A stretch of 64,000 nt of DNA from NCBI GenBank assembly GCA_002269645.1, contig NIVC01000518.1, forward strand, positions 51,415 through 115,414, read 5' to 3'. The translations under genes and the position numbers were made by a program. The DNA comes from Macrostomum lignano. Taxonomy: Eukaryota. The notes under the pieces were generated by a model that saw nothing but the letters and a program-made list of their open reading frames with translations, searched no databases and was not told the origin of the DNA. This document shows positions 28,101-35,776 of this stretch, one piece after another; within the stretch, counting starts at the first letter, position 1, and each line of letters starts with the position of its first letter.

Positions 28101-31100
28101 CCCCAGATGGCAAGCAACCCCCAGATAGCAAGCATCCCCCAGATAGCAAGCATCCTCCAGATAGCAAGCATCCCCCAGATGGCAAGCAACCCCCAGATAG
28201 CAAGCATCCTCCAGATAGCAAGCATCCCCCAGATAGCAAGCATCCTCCAGATAGCAAGCATCCCCCAGATGGCAAGCAACCCCCAGATTACTGCACTTGG
28301 AATCGAGCCTGGGCTGCTGGCACATCAGAGCGCCGCGCTAGACCTCTGGGCTACGGCGGAGTCACCTCACAAGCACGAAAAGTCACATCGTCGAAAACTG
28401 ATTTAGCAACCACCATCACAAGCTCGAAAAGGGTTAGGGTTAGAGATTGTGCCTTTTCGAGCTTGTGATGGCGATCCGCTACGGCCCCCCTACCGTCTTG
28501 TCTACAGTTACCTGCCTAATTATCTGTCCACTTCAGTGTCCAGTAGTGCCATATTAAATGCTCCCTAACTTCAGCCACTACGGTTACATGATGGCCCTGG
28601 TGGGGATCTTCATCGCCCTGTCCTTGTCGGCCTTCCCGTGCTCGGCGGTCTGCCTGTTAGTCGAAGAGCGCTCATCCGGTGCCCTACACCTGCAGAAACT
28701 GTTCACCATCCCGCTGTGGCTCTACTGGCTGGTGAATTTCATGTTCGATCTGGTGAGTGCGATGAAATCGTTGACGCTAAAAGAGAAGGCTATTGTTGGG
28801 TCTATTAATATTACATTACCGTTACCCGCGACAATAATCGCTAAAGAGTCATTGCAAACAGCTAACTATATAGTGACTCTAGGATTCAAACGACTGCAAT
28901 GCGACGGAGAGGTGACTGTTGAGTCACGAGGGCATCACGTGAGTTGCAGAATCGTAAAAAAGTCGTCCAAGAGTAGTTGTGCTGGCGCTTAACTTCCTAC
29001 TAATTCAAGTAGACTAAACAGAGAGTTGTAATAAATTCGAATTGAGATTCAAATTCATTAAGTGACGCAGATGCGCTTAAGACGCAAGTCGGTGATTCTG
29101 CAGCGACTCTGGCGCGCCCCAGATAGGACTCTGCGGCTCCAGACTCTGGCGCGTCCCAGATAGGACTCTGCGGCTCCAGACTCTGGCGCGTCCCAGATAG
29201 GACTCTGCGGCTCCAGACTCTGGCGCGTCCCAGATAGGACTCTGCGGCTCCAGACTCTGGCGCGTCCCAGATCTGACTCTCCAGAGTCACCTCAAAAACG
29301 CCTCAAATTGACTCTTAGGCGACTCTTTGACGACTTCTAGGCGACTTGTACCGTGACATCTCGTTGTCGTTTTAGAGTCGCCTTAGAGTCATTTATTTCC
29401 TATATTACACTCGTACCTGTGTCACCTGAAACGACTCTGAAAAGAATCTGAGGCGACGCAAAGTGACTTTAATTTGGGACGCTTCTCAGTCTAGGTTCCA
29501 TTTTCATCGTCGATATCCTTTTTGCATTCAAGTTTATGATGGGTTGGAATTATCCCTAATTTAGGACCATTGCTTCATACTTGGTTCTGTGTTTCTTTAA
29601 CTATTTGATCTGCTCTTTTGAACTTTTTCCAGGCAATCTACACCTGCATAGCTGGCGTGGTGACCGTGACTCTGCATCTTCTTGGCGGCGAAGCATTTCA
29701 CCATTCTCAGGATGCCCTGTCTGCTGGCATTCTGTGCTGGAGCTACGGGTGAGCAGACGAGCACCTTCTCTAATCAATCCTGAGACTCCTAATACCCCTT
29801 AACGTTGGGGATTTAAAATTCCTCAAGTACACCCCAAAACACTGGGATTTATAACTCCTTAAGTACACCCCAAAACACTGGGATTTATAATTCCTTAAGT
29901 ACACCCCAAAACAGTGGGATTTACAATTCCTCAAGTACACCCCAAAACACTGGGATTTATAATTCCTCAAGTACACCCCAAAACAGTGGGATTTACAATT
30001 CCTCAAGTACACCCCAAAACACTGGGATTTATAATTCCTCAAGTACACCCCAAAACACTGGGATTTATAATTCCTTAAGTACACCCCAAAACACTGGGAT
30101 TTACAATTCCCCAAATTCCCCAAAACACTGGGATTTATAATTCCCCGAATACCCCTAAAACAGTGGGATTTACAATTCCCCAAATTCCCCAAAACACTGG
30201 GATTTATAATTCCCCGAATACCCCCAAAACAGTGGGATTTATAATTCCCCAAATTCCCCAAAACACTGGGATTTATAATTCCCCGAATACCCCTAAAACA
30301 GTGGGATTTACAATTCCCCAAATTCCCCAAAACACTGGGATTTATAATTCCCCGAATACCCCAAAACAGTGGGATTTACAATTCCCCAAATTCCCCAAAA
30401 CACTGGGATTTATAATTCCCCGAATACCCCTAAAACAGTGGGATTTACAATTCCCCAAATTCCCCAAAACACTGGGATTTATAATTTCCATCCCGAATTC
30501 TAGGATCTCTAATTCCCCATAACTCTAATAGCAGGCTATTTAATTCCCTAAATGTAATGCTTTAATATTACTATATCACTAAAAAACTACCAATTTGTCT
30601 CAGGCTAGCCGCACTGCCACTGAACTACCTGCTCTCGCTATTTTTCTCTGAGCAAAGCCGGGCCTACATCAGCCTATTCGCCGTGAACCTGCTGCTGAGC
30701 ATTCTAACCTGCCTGCTATACTCAATAATCTACGTACTTCAGCAGTACAATCTGCCACTAAGAGATCTGATGCCTAAACTCAAACGTATTCTATTGATCG
30801 CATGCCCTCAGTTCGGCATAGCCGAAGGCATCTACACAGTGCAGACAAATTACTTTCTAGGCAAAGTGCTGGAGGAATGGTACGGCAAAACTGGGGTGTA
30901 CAAAAACCTGCTTAGCTACCAGGATGGCCTGTTGAAGAATGCCTCTTGTTTTGTTGGTCACTGCCTGCTATTCTGGCTGGCTATTGTGCTAATTGAGAAC
31001 CTGGTCTACGGTGTTGGTAAAGTGAGCAAGAAATCGCTTTCTGCTCAAACTGAGACGCAGAGTTCTCGACCAAATATCGAAGTTAGAAATGTTTGCAAAC

Positions 31101-33596
31101 GATACGGCGGCAAGAGTTCGTGTCGATCGCGCGGCGGAGGCGCTTCAAGTCGTCCAGCTGTTGATGACGTGTCATTCAGCGTAGCCTCCGGCGAGGTGCT
31201 CGGGTTGCTAGGCAGCAACGGAGCTGGGAAGAGCAGCATATTCCGGATGCTCACCAGGGGAGAATCGATCACATCGGGCAGTATTCGAGTTGGCGGACGG
31301 CTCAATAATAGCTTCGATTGCTTCTCAGATGCCGGATATTGTTCGCAAAGTAACGTGCTGTGGAAGACTATGAGCCCAGTGGATCATTTGGCGTTCTACG
31401 CCAGGTGCAAAGGATTCAGGGGGCAGGCGCTTCAGAAGGAGGTGAGAGCAATGTTGCGCTTGCATTGTCGATAGCAGCTCCAACTAATCCCATCCCTTAT
31501 AGCGTCCCTAGCAACCCAAATCCCTTAGCACCCTAGCAACCATAGTCCCTAGCAACCCTAATCCCTTAGCACCCCTAGCAACCATAGTCTCTAGCAACCC
31601 TAATCCCTAGCAACCGTAATCCCTAGCAACCGTAGTCCCTAGCAACCCTAATCCCTAGCAACCCTAATCCCTAGCAACCATAATCCCAGCAACCCTAATC
31701 TCTAGCAACCCTAATCCCTAGCAACCCTAATCCCTAGCAACCCTAATCCCTAGCAACCCTAATCCCTAGCAACCCTAATCCCTAGCAACCCTAATCCCTA
31801 GCAACCCTAATCCCTAGCAACCCTAATCCCTAGCAACCCTAATCCCTAGCAACCCTAATCCCCCGGCATCCCTATAACAACCCTAATTCCTTAGCGTCCC
31901 TAGCAACGCCCATTTCTATCTTACGGTTTCTAACGACCTCTATTTTTCTATTCTCTAGCGTCCCTAGCAACCTAAACCTCTTTTTATCTAACCAAATATG
32001 TCGCAATGTATTACCAAAAAGTAGACAGTATGAAAGCTGCTTACAAATCCCAACAGGTGGACTCCCTCGTCCATCGGCTCGGCCTGTCCGAAAATTCGGC
32101 CAAACCCAGCGGCCATCTGTCTGGCGGCAATCGTCGCCGACTGTGCGTGGCCATCGCTTTCATCGGCTCGCCAGACGTGGTGCTGCTCGACGAGCCGACC
32201 GCGGGCGTCGACGTCGTGGCCCGTCGACGAATCTGGAAGTGCATCCAGCGGGCTCGACGAATGCAGCAGAGCATCCTGCTGACCTCGCACTCTATGGAGG
32301 AATGCGAGCTGCTGTGCAATCGGATCCTCATCATGAAGTCTGGCCGCCTGTTGGCTCAGGGCAGCGTGGACGATCTGGTGAAGCAGTTCTGCCAGGGCTT
32401 CGTGCTGCGCCTGCTGCTGCGGGTGAGCGTCTGGTGGGATTCCCCTTGGCAGGGAATCTCCCTAGTGGAAAATCCCTTTGGTGGAATTTCCCCTGGCGGA
32501 GAATTTTTCTCTCTGATGGGAATTGCCCTGGTGGGGAATCTTTCTGGCGGGATTCCCCCTCGCGGGGAATCTGCCTAGTAGCGAATTTTCATGGTGGGAT
32601 TCCCCCTGGCGAGGAATCTCCCTAGTTGAAAATCCCTCAGGCGGGAATCTGTCTGGTGGGATTCCCTCCTGCGGGGAATCTCCCTAGTGAGGAATCTCCC
32701 TGGCGGGTAATCTGTCCGGTGAGATTCCCTCCTGCGGGGAATCTCCCTAGTGAGGAATCTCCCTGGCGGGTAATCTGTCCGGTGAGATTCCCTCCTGCGG
32801 GGAATCTCCCTAGTGAGGAATCTCCCTGGCGGGTAATCTGTCCGGTGAGATTTCCCGTGGCCGGAAACCTCCCTAGTGGGGAATCTCTCTGGTGGGATTC
32901 CCCCTGGCCGGGAATCTCCCTAGTGGGGAATGTCTTTGTTGGGGAATCTCTCTGGCTGTGAATCTCTCTTATAGGAAATTTCTCTATTTGGAGAAGTTCC
33001 TGACTAAAGAAAGCACCCTCGGTAGGGAAACTCATTTAGTGGGAACTTCTTTATATTGAATACCATTTTTACAGTTTCTCGTATTCCTTCTTGTTGGAGA
33101 ATTTCTTTTCACGGGCATTTGATTGGGAGAAATTCTGAATGGGAATTTCTTTAGCTGGAATGGTCCCTTGAACTCACCTCCACCCCAGGCTGACGCCGCC
33201 GCTGAGCTGTCCGACACCATCGTGGGGAGCCTCGCCGAAGAGCTCGGCCTCGATGGTAGCTGCGAATTTAAAACAGACGAACGCGACGAGACCAAAGAGG
33301 TGCACATCCTGCTGAAGCCTTCCGCTGGACTTGTCGGCGAGGCTGCCGCCGCCGCTGCCGCCGGCATTAGCGCGCCGTTCGTCCAAGTCTACGAAGCTCT
33401 CCGCCAGCTGCAGTGTCGCTATGGCGACGAAGGCTTCATCAGCTTCGCTCTGGTTCACCCCAGCGTTGAGGAAGTTTTCCACCGGGTGATGAGCCTGTCC
33501 GACAAGGAGTCTTCGGAGACATCAGCGGCTGCTGAATCTCTTCGTCGGCCGACAGTGTCGGTTGCTGGAGCCGTGTCGAACAATGTTTCTGTTTGA
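12010..33596 (+). CDS. ABCA: ABC transporter subfamily A (ABCA1/2/4/7-like full transporter), 20 exons, about 2286 aa
   Basis: Exons 12010-12315, 13223-13319, 13408-13537, 15013-15160, 15755-16118, 16544-16680, 16779-16892, 18041-18172, 18602-18828, 19685-19858, 20654-21742, 22606-23041, 24152-24832, 25652-25948, 26301-26923, 28575-28752, 29633-29748, 30604-31441, 32057-32422, 33189-33596. They sum to 6861 nt, all joins are GT-AG and phase-consistent. Motifs: LMWKH..RQP, CFFQPKALPTSG..QTKLC, GIYMQMQPYMCWLHDEF, YEKESRLKEM, NBD1 GKNGCGKST/LSGGQRRKL/ILDEPTAGVD/SHHLDEAE, NBD2 GSNGAGKSS/LSGGNRRRL/LLDEPTAGVD/SHSMEECE. Family-level call only, no orthologue assigned. Confidence 0.95.
12400..13145. 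repeat. G-rich GGGAT(T/C)-based satellite, ABCA intron 1
   Basis: GGGATTCGGGGACTGGGGATCTAGGG-type tandem units. Confidence 0.92.
13223..13319 (+). CDS. ABCA exon 2 (TM1)
   Basis: CCCAG acceptor; VKLLAQCCIPVVVICVLVLAHAV; donor GTGAGT, phase 1. Confidence 0.9.
13408..13537 (+). CDS. ABCA exon 3 (start of ECD1)
   Basis: TTTGCAG acceptor; CFFQPKALPTSGVLSFFQTKLC. The donor may instead follow 13549, which is the same phase. Confidence 0.85.
13610..14920. repeat. 33-bp minisatellite (AATGACATACCTGTCTTAATCTTCCTGTCTCTY), ABCA intron 3, interrupted by a SINE
   Basis: Tandem copies on both sides of 14203-14561. Confidence 0.95.
14203..14561 (+). mobile_element. tRNA-derived SINE, full length, with 12-bp TSD
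   Basis: A box TAGCCCAGTGG (14211-14221), B box-like GGCTCGATTCC (14254-14264), AATAAAAAAA tail. Direct repeat AATGACACACCT at 14191-14202 and 14562-14573. Second copy at 27168-28359. Confidence 0.88.
15013..15160 (+). CDS. ABCA exon 4
   Basis: TTGCAG acceptor; open frame LIQLIEYANDNAQFNNLLLDF; GTAATT donor. Not in the ORF track. Confidence 0.85.
15255..15700. repeat. ~29-bp minisatellite with ~87-bp trimeric higher-order unit, ABCA intron 4
   Basis: GTCCTTAGAGATTGACGGTGACCTCACGT-type monomers in a recurring order of three variants. Confidence 0.85.
15755..16118 (+). CDS. ABCA exon 5
   Basis: CTACAG acceptor, phase 0; PEFQGRLFNVTS...RRRRKRRSV; GTAAGT donor. Confidence 0.85.
16148..16480. 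repeat. 20-bp minisatellite (CTACCAATCTATCTACTGTT), ABCA intron 5
   Basis: Seen directly. Confidence 0.92.
16544..16680 (+). CDS. ABCA exon 6
   Basis: TTGCAG acceptor; DCHRYKDF..GNVLYAPNTPTVNKIIEK (ABCA G.ILY.P motif); GTGAGG donor. Confidence 0.9.
16779..16892 (+). CDS. ABCA exon 7
   Basis: TTTATCAG acceptor; ARTVFHSVQEAQDFISNWNST; GTGAGC donor. Confidence 0.85.
16975..17160. repeat. 34-bp minisatellite (AAATCTCATTGAGATCTCACCTCTACTGACTATC), ABCA intron 7
   Basis: About 5 copies. Confidence 0.85.
18041..18172 (+). CDS. ABCA exon 8
   Basis: TTCCAG acceptor; SARHLCNLLIKQNNGLCDTISLDHWRQ; GTGAGG donor. Confidence 0.8.
18235..18520. repeat. Degenerate purine-rich (GAGATTAG/GGTGAGAT) repeat, ABCA intron 8
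   Basis: Seen directly. Confidence 0.8.
18602..18828 (+). CDS. ABCA exon 9
   Basis: CTTCAG acceptor; CFFNKLKDPFVGFSN..IKYTL; GTGAGT donor, phase 2. Confidence 0.9.
18935..19660. repeat. 28-bp minisatellite (CAATCTAGAAGTGCAGATAGACACACAC) with variable (CA)n, ABCA intron 9
   Basis: Seen directly. Confidence 0.95.
19685..19858 (+). CDS. ABCA exon 10
   Basis: PGPRRHWTDVKF..QDIVEWAI..GIYMQMQPYMCWLHD; GTGAGT donor. Confidence 0.93.
19890..20605. repeat. ~24-bp polypyrimidine minisatellite (CTCTCTCATCCTTCCGCTCCCTCC) followed by (CACT)n, ABCA intron 10
   Basis: Seen directly. Confidence 0.93.
20654..21742 (+). CDS. ABCA exon 11 (TM2-6 and NBD1 Walker A)
   Basis: YEKESRLKEM, GKNGCGKST, GVCPQFD. 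Confidence 0.96.
21960..22560. repeat. 17-bp minisatellite (GGGTGAGATTTTGTATC), ABCA intron 11
   Basis: Seen directly. Confidence 0.93.
22606..23041 (+). CDS. ABCA exon 12 (NBD1 signature, Walker B, H-loop)
   Basis: LTVKEH, LSGGQRRKL, ILDEPTAGVD, SHHLDEAE. Confidence 0.96.
23200..24120. repeat. C-rich (AAATCCCAGATCCC/CTC)n satellite, ABCA intron 12
   Basis: Reverse complement resembles the intron 1 array; contains an internal block duplication (about 23340-23560 vs 23690-23910). Confidence 0.92.
24152..24832 (+). CDS. ABCA exon 13 (R1 domain and low-complexity linker)
   Basis: FQISQPTMEDIFFLIT (ABCA TLEEIF motif); GTAAGA donor. Confidence 0.92.
24855..25590. repeat. C-rich (AAATCCCAGAT)n-type satellite, ABCA intron 13
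   Basis: Same family as the intron 12 array. Confidence 0.92.
25652..25948 (+). CDS. ABCA exon 14 (TM7, start of ECD2)
   Basis: EAILLKRLRYMIRTP..IFLPILFLAVAIAMI. Confidence 0.93.
25993..26256. repeat. 16-bp minisatellite (TTAGCACCAAGGGGCT grading into CCAGCACCAAGGGGCG), ABCA intron 14
   Basis: Seen directly; related to 37120-37495. Confidence 0.93.
26301..26923 (+). CDS. ABCA exon 15 (ECD2)
   Basis: NISNWLIQT..RFGGASF..KVWFDNMGY..YLNVFNNARLRA. Confidence 0.94.
26926..27150. repeat. 21-bp minisatellite (GTCTACTTTGTCTACTCTCAT), ABCA intron 15
   Basis: Begins inside the donor GTGAGTCTAC. Confidence 0.93.
27436..28287 (-). mobile_element. Small non-autonomous Helitron (852 bp) inserted in the SINE
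   Basis: Minus strand: A|TC start, GC-rich hairpin GGCCCCCGAAGGGGGGC about 10 nt before the terminal CTAG|T, no TSD. Removing it restores the SINE. Confidence 0.75.
27690..28287. repeat. 18-bp minisatellite (CAGATAGCAAGCATCCCC) forming the 5' two-thirds of the small Helitron
   Basis: Seen directly. Confidence 0.95.
28575..28752 (+). CDS. ABCA exon 16
   Basis: LLVEERSSGALHLQ..YWLVNFMFDL; GTGAGT donor. Confidence 0.92.
28900..29480. repeat. Dispersed repeat fragment containing a 37-bp tandem array (29100-29285); related copy at 51420-51630
   Basis: Shared blocks TTGTGYTGGCGCTTAACTT, GCGACTTGTACCGTGACATCTCGT and TACCTGTGTCACCTG in the same order at both loci. Confidence 0.7.
29633..29748 (+). 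CDS. ABCA exon 17
   Basis: TTTTCCAG acceptor; AIYTCIAGVVTVTLHLLGGEAF..WSYG; GTGAGC donor. Confidence 0.88.
29805..30490. repeat. 36-bp minisatellite (CCCCAAAACACTGGGATTTATAATTCCTCAAGTACA), dimeric in its 3' half, ABCA intron 17
   Basis: Seen directly. Confidence 0.93.
30604..31441 (+). CDS. ABCA exon 18 (TM10-12 and NBD2 Walker A)
   Basis: PLNYLLS, CPQFGIAEG, GEVLGLLGSNGAGKSS, GYCSQ. Confidence 0.95.
31505..31980. repeat. 16-bp telomere-like minisatellite (CCCTAGCAACCCTAAT), ABCA intron 18
   Basis: Each unit contains CCCTAA (TTAGGG on minus). Confidence 0.92.
32057..32422 (+). CDS. ABCA exon 19 (NBD2 signature, Walker B, H-loop)
   Basis: LSGGNRRRL, LLDEPTAGVD, SHSMEECELLC. Confidence 0.96.
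32430..32965. repeat. GGGAATCTCCC-based satellite with 63-bp higher-order unit, ABCA intron 19
   Basis: Three near-identical 63-bp copies at about 32670-32860. Confidence 0.88.
33189..33596 (+). CDS. ABCA exon 20 (R2 domain, stop)
   Basis: CCCCAG acceptor; HPSVEEVF motif; TGA at 33594-33596. Confidence 0.9.
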   Translation, partial: ADAAAELSDTIVGSLAEELGLDGSCEFKTDERDETKEVHILLKPSAGLVGEAAAAAAAGISAPFVQVYEALRQLQCRYGDEGFISFALVHPSVEEVFHRVMSLSDKESSETSAAAESLRRPTVSVAGAVSNNVSV

Positions 33597-33619
33597 TTTT
33601 TTGCCTTATAGCTTTAAAT

Positions 33620-34145
33620 GAGTTGAGGGATTCCCCTTTGAGCGAATCCAGTCTGAAGGAATCCCCTTTGAATGATTTAAGGGAATTCTCATTTGAGGGA
33701 ATCCCTTTGAATTAGTTGAGGGAATCCCCCTTTGAGGGAATCCCATTTGAAGGAGTTAAGGGATTCCCCTTTGAGCGAATCCAGTCTGAGGGAATCCCCT
33801 TTGAATGATTTAAGGGAATTCTCATTTGAGGGAATCCCTTTGAATTAGTTGAGGGAATCCCCCTTTGAGGGAATCCCATTTAAAGGAGTTAAAGGATTCC
33901 CCCTTTGAGCGAATCCAGTCTGAGGGAATCCCTTTTAAATGAGTTAAGGGAATTCTAATTTGAGGGAATCCCCTTTGAATTAGTTGAGGGAATCCTCATT
34001 TGAGAGAATCCCCCTTTGAGGGAATCCCTTTGGATGAATTGAGAGAATCTCCCTTTGAGGGAATCTAATATTTTTTTTATGAATTGAGGGAATTCGCCCT
34101 TAAAGGAATCTGCCTTTGAGGGAATACCCTTTTGAGGAAAACGCT
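33620..34145. repeat. GAGGGAATCCCCTTT-based satellite just downstream of the ABCA stop
   Basis: Seen directly; longer blocks are duplicated. Confidence 0.88.
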
Positions 34146-34619
34146 TTGAGAAAACAAATTGAAAAAAAAATCCATTTAAAGTGAGACTCCCCCTGTTTAG
34201 AAACCCTTTGTGCATTCTCCCAAAATGATTCAAGCTCCCTATATGGAAATTACCCTAATTATGATTTTTAGTGTAATTTCTGTGTTGTGAGATTTGATTT
34301 TGCAAAAATCAAAAGAAAATCTTCATGTACAGAAGTAACGCATTCAGTTTTTTTGCAATAATTTGCTAATTAATTAAATTACGTGTATAATTATATTACT
34401 TTGGCTCCAGGTTGGTATCTAGGGATCTTGTGGTCTTCCTTAAAGCTTTACTATTGTTCTTATTGTTGTTAACTTTGCTCTCGAGACACTTTTTAATCAG
34501 AATCCGATTAGTGAGTTGCATGCACTCCATACCAACTCTGTGTCAAGATATTATTCCATGTGCACTCTCATTTATCATTCAAGTCGCCATCAATTCTCTG
34601 TTCTCAAATTCTTAGTCTT

Positions 34620-35080
34620 TGGTGTACCCTGCTCACCTGTCTTTAGGGTACCCTGCTCACCTGTCTTTAGGGTACCCTGCTCACCTGTCTTTAGGGTACC
34701 CTGCTCACCTGTCTTTAGGGTACCCTGCTCACCTGTCTTTAGGGTACCCTGCTCACCTGTCTTTAGGGTACCCTGCTCACCTGTCTTTAGGGTACCCTGC
34801 TCACCTGTCTTTAGGGTACCCTGCTCACCTGTCTTTAGGGTACCCTGCTCACCTGTCTTTAGGGTACCCTGCTCACCTGTCTTTAGGGTACCCTGCTCAC
34901 CTGTCTTTAGGGTACCCTGCTCACCTGTCTTTAGGGTACCCTGCTCACCTGTCTTTAGGGTACCCTGCTCACCTGTCTTTAGGGTACCCTGCTCACCTGT
35001 CTTTAGGGTACCCTGCTCACCTGTCTTTAGGGTACCCTGCTCACCTGTCTTTAGGGTACCCTGCTCACCTGTCTTTGGGT
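34620..35080. repeat. Perfect 24-bp tandem array (GGGTACCCTGCTCACCTGTCTTTA), about 19 copies
   Basis: Internal copies are identical. Confidence 0.97.
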
Positions 35081-35776
35081 ATCTTGCTATCCCATTTTTT
35101 TATTTTCTTTCTCGCTATTTTACATGAAAAAGGGCATTGTTTCTGTCAGCTTGCCGAAATCAACAAATTTCATGTCGTAAATAATCAGTGCGTTTCACTG
35201 CGTCTCATATCATTCGTTCGCTCGGTTATTTATTTCATAGATAATTATGTTTGCTACATATTCTACTCTTACATTACTGCATAGAAAGTTTGCTCACCTC
35301 TTCTATCGATGACTTCTTTTTTGAAAAAAAAAATACGTTAAATACGCGCTCTCAATTAATTTAACAGATTTTAACAAAATAAGCTTGTTTTTCGGATTTA
35401 TTGATAATCTTAACTGCACGCTTCTTGTAAACAGCTGACTTCATGACAGTGTGCTAATTAATCTACACATGTTCTTCATTTTGATTCCGTGCTCCCACAA
35501 AATTCTTTCCTTCTTTTGTTTTGTTAAAAAATCATTACTCGTATTTTTTCGTTCCAAGTTTTTTCCGGCTTTTTATGCCCTCGCTTTGGTGTGACAAATA
35601 ATGATGAACTGTTTGGTTTAGGCTAAAAAGCCGGCCACTCATTGTTCAAGCTAAACTCTTTTTAATTTGAGGTTTTGCTTCAAGCACGAAAACAGTCTGG
35701 CATTCGACAAGCCTATTTAAGTGTCTTATATTGATTTTGACAGCAAGGCTTACCTCTATACTGCTGAGTAACAGAG

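Larger units (their letters stand above)
27168..28359 (-). mobile_element. tRNA-derived SINE copy 2, split by an insertion
   Basis: Tail and body at 27168-27435 align to the reverse complement of 14275-14561. Head at 28288-28359 (GCCGTAGCCCAGAGG...CCCAGGCTCGATTCCAAGTGCAGT on minus) aligns to 14203-14272. Confidence 0.85.

Noticed and set aside
27552-28406. Cys/Gly- or Trp-rich repeat proteins
   Set aside because: Translations of the 18-bp minisatellite inside an intronic Helitron-like insert.
34400-35130. Minus-strand exon ending at the CAG|GTGAGC motif in the 24-bp array
   Set aside because: The donor-like motif is part of the repeat unit, and flanking frames hit stops quickly; no consistent gene model.
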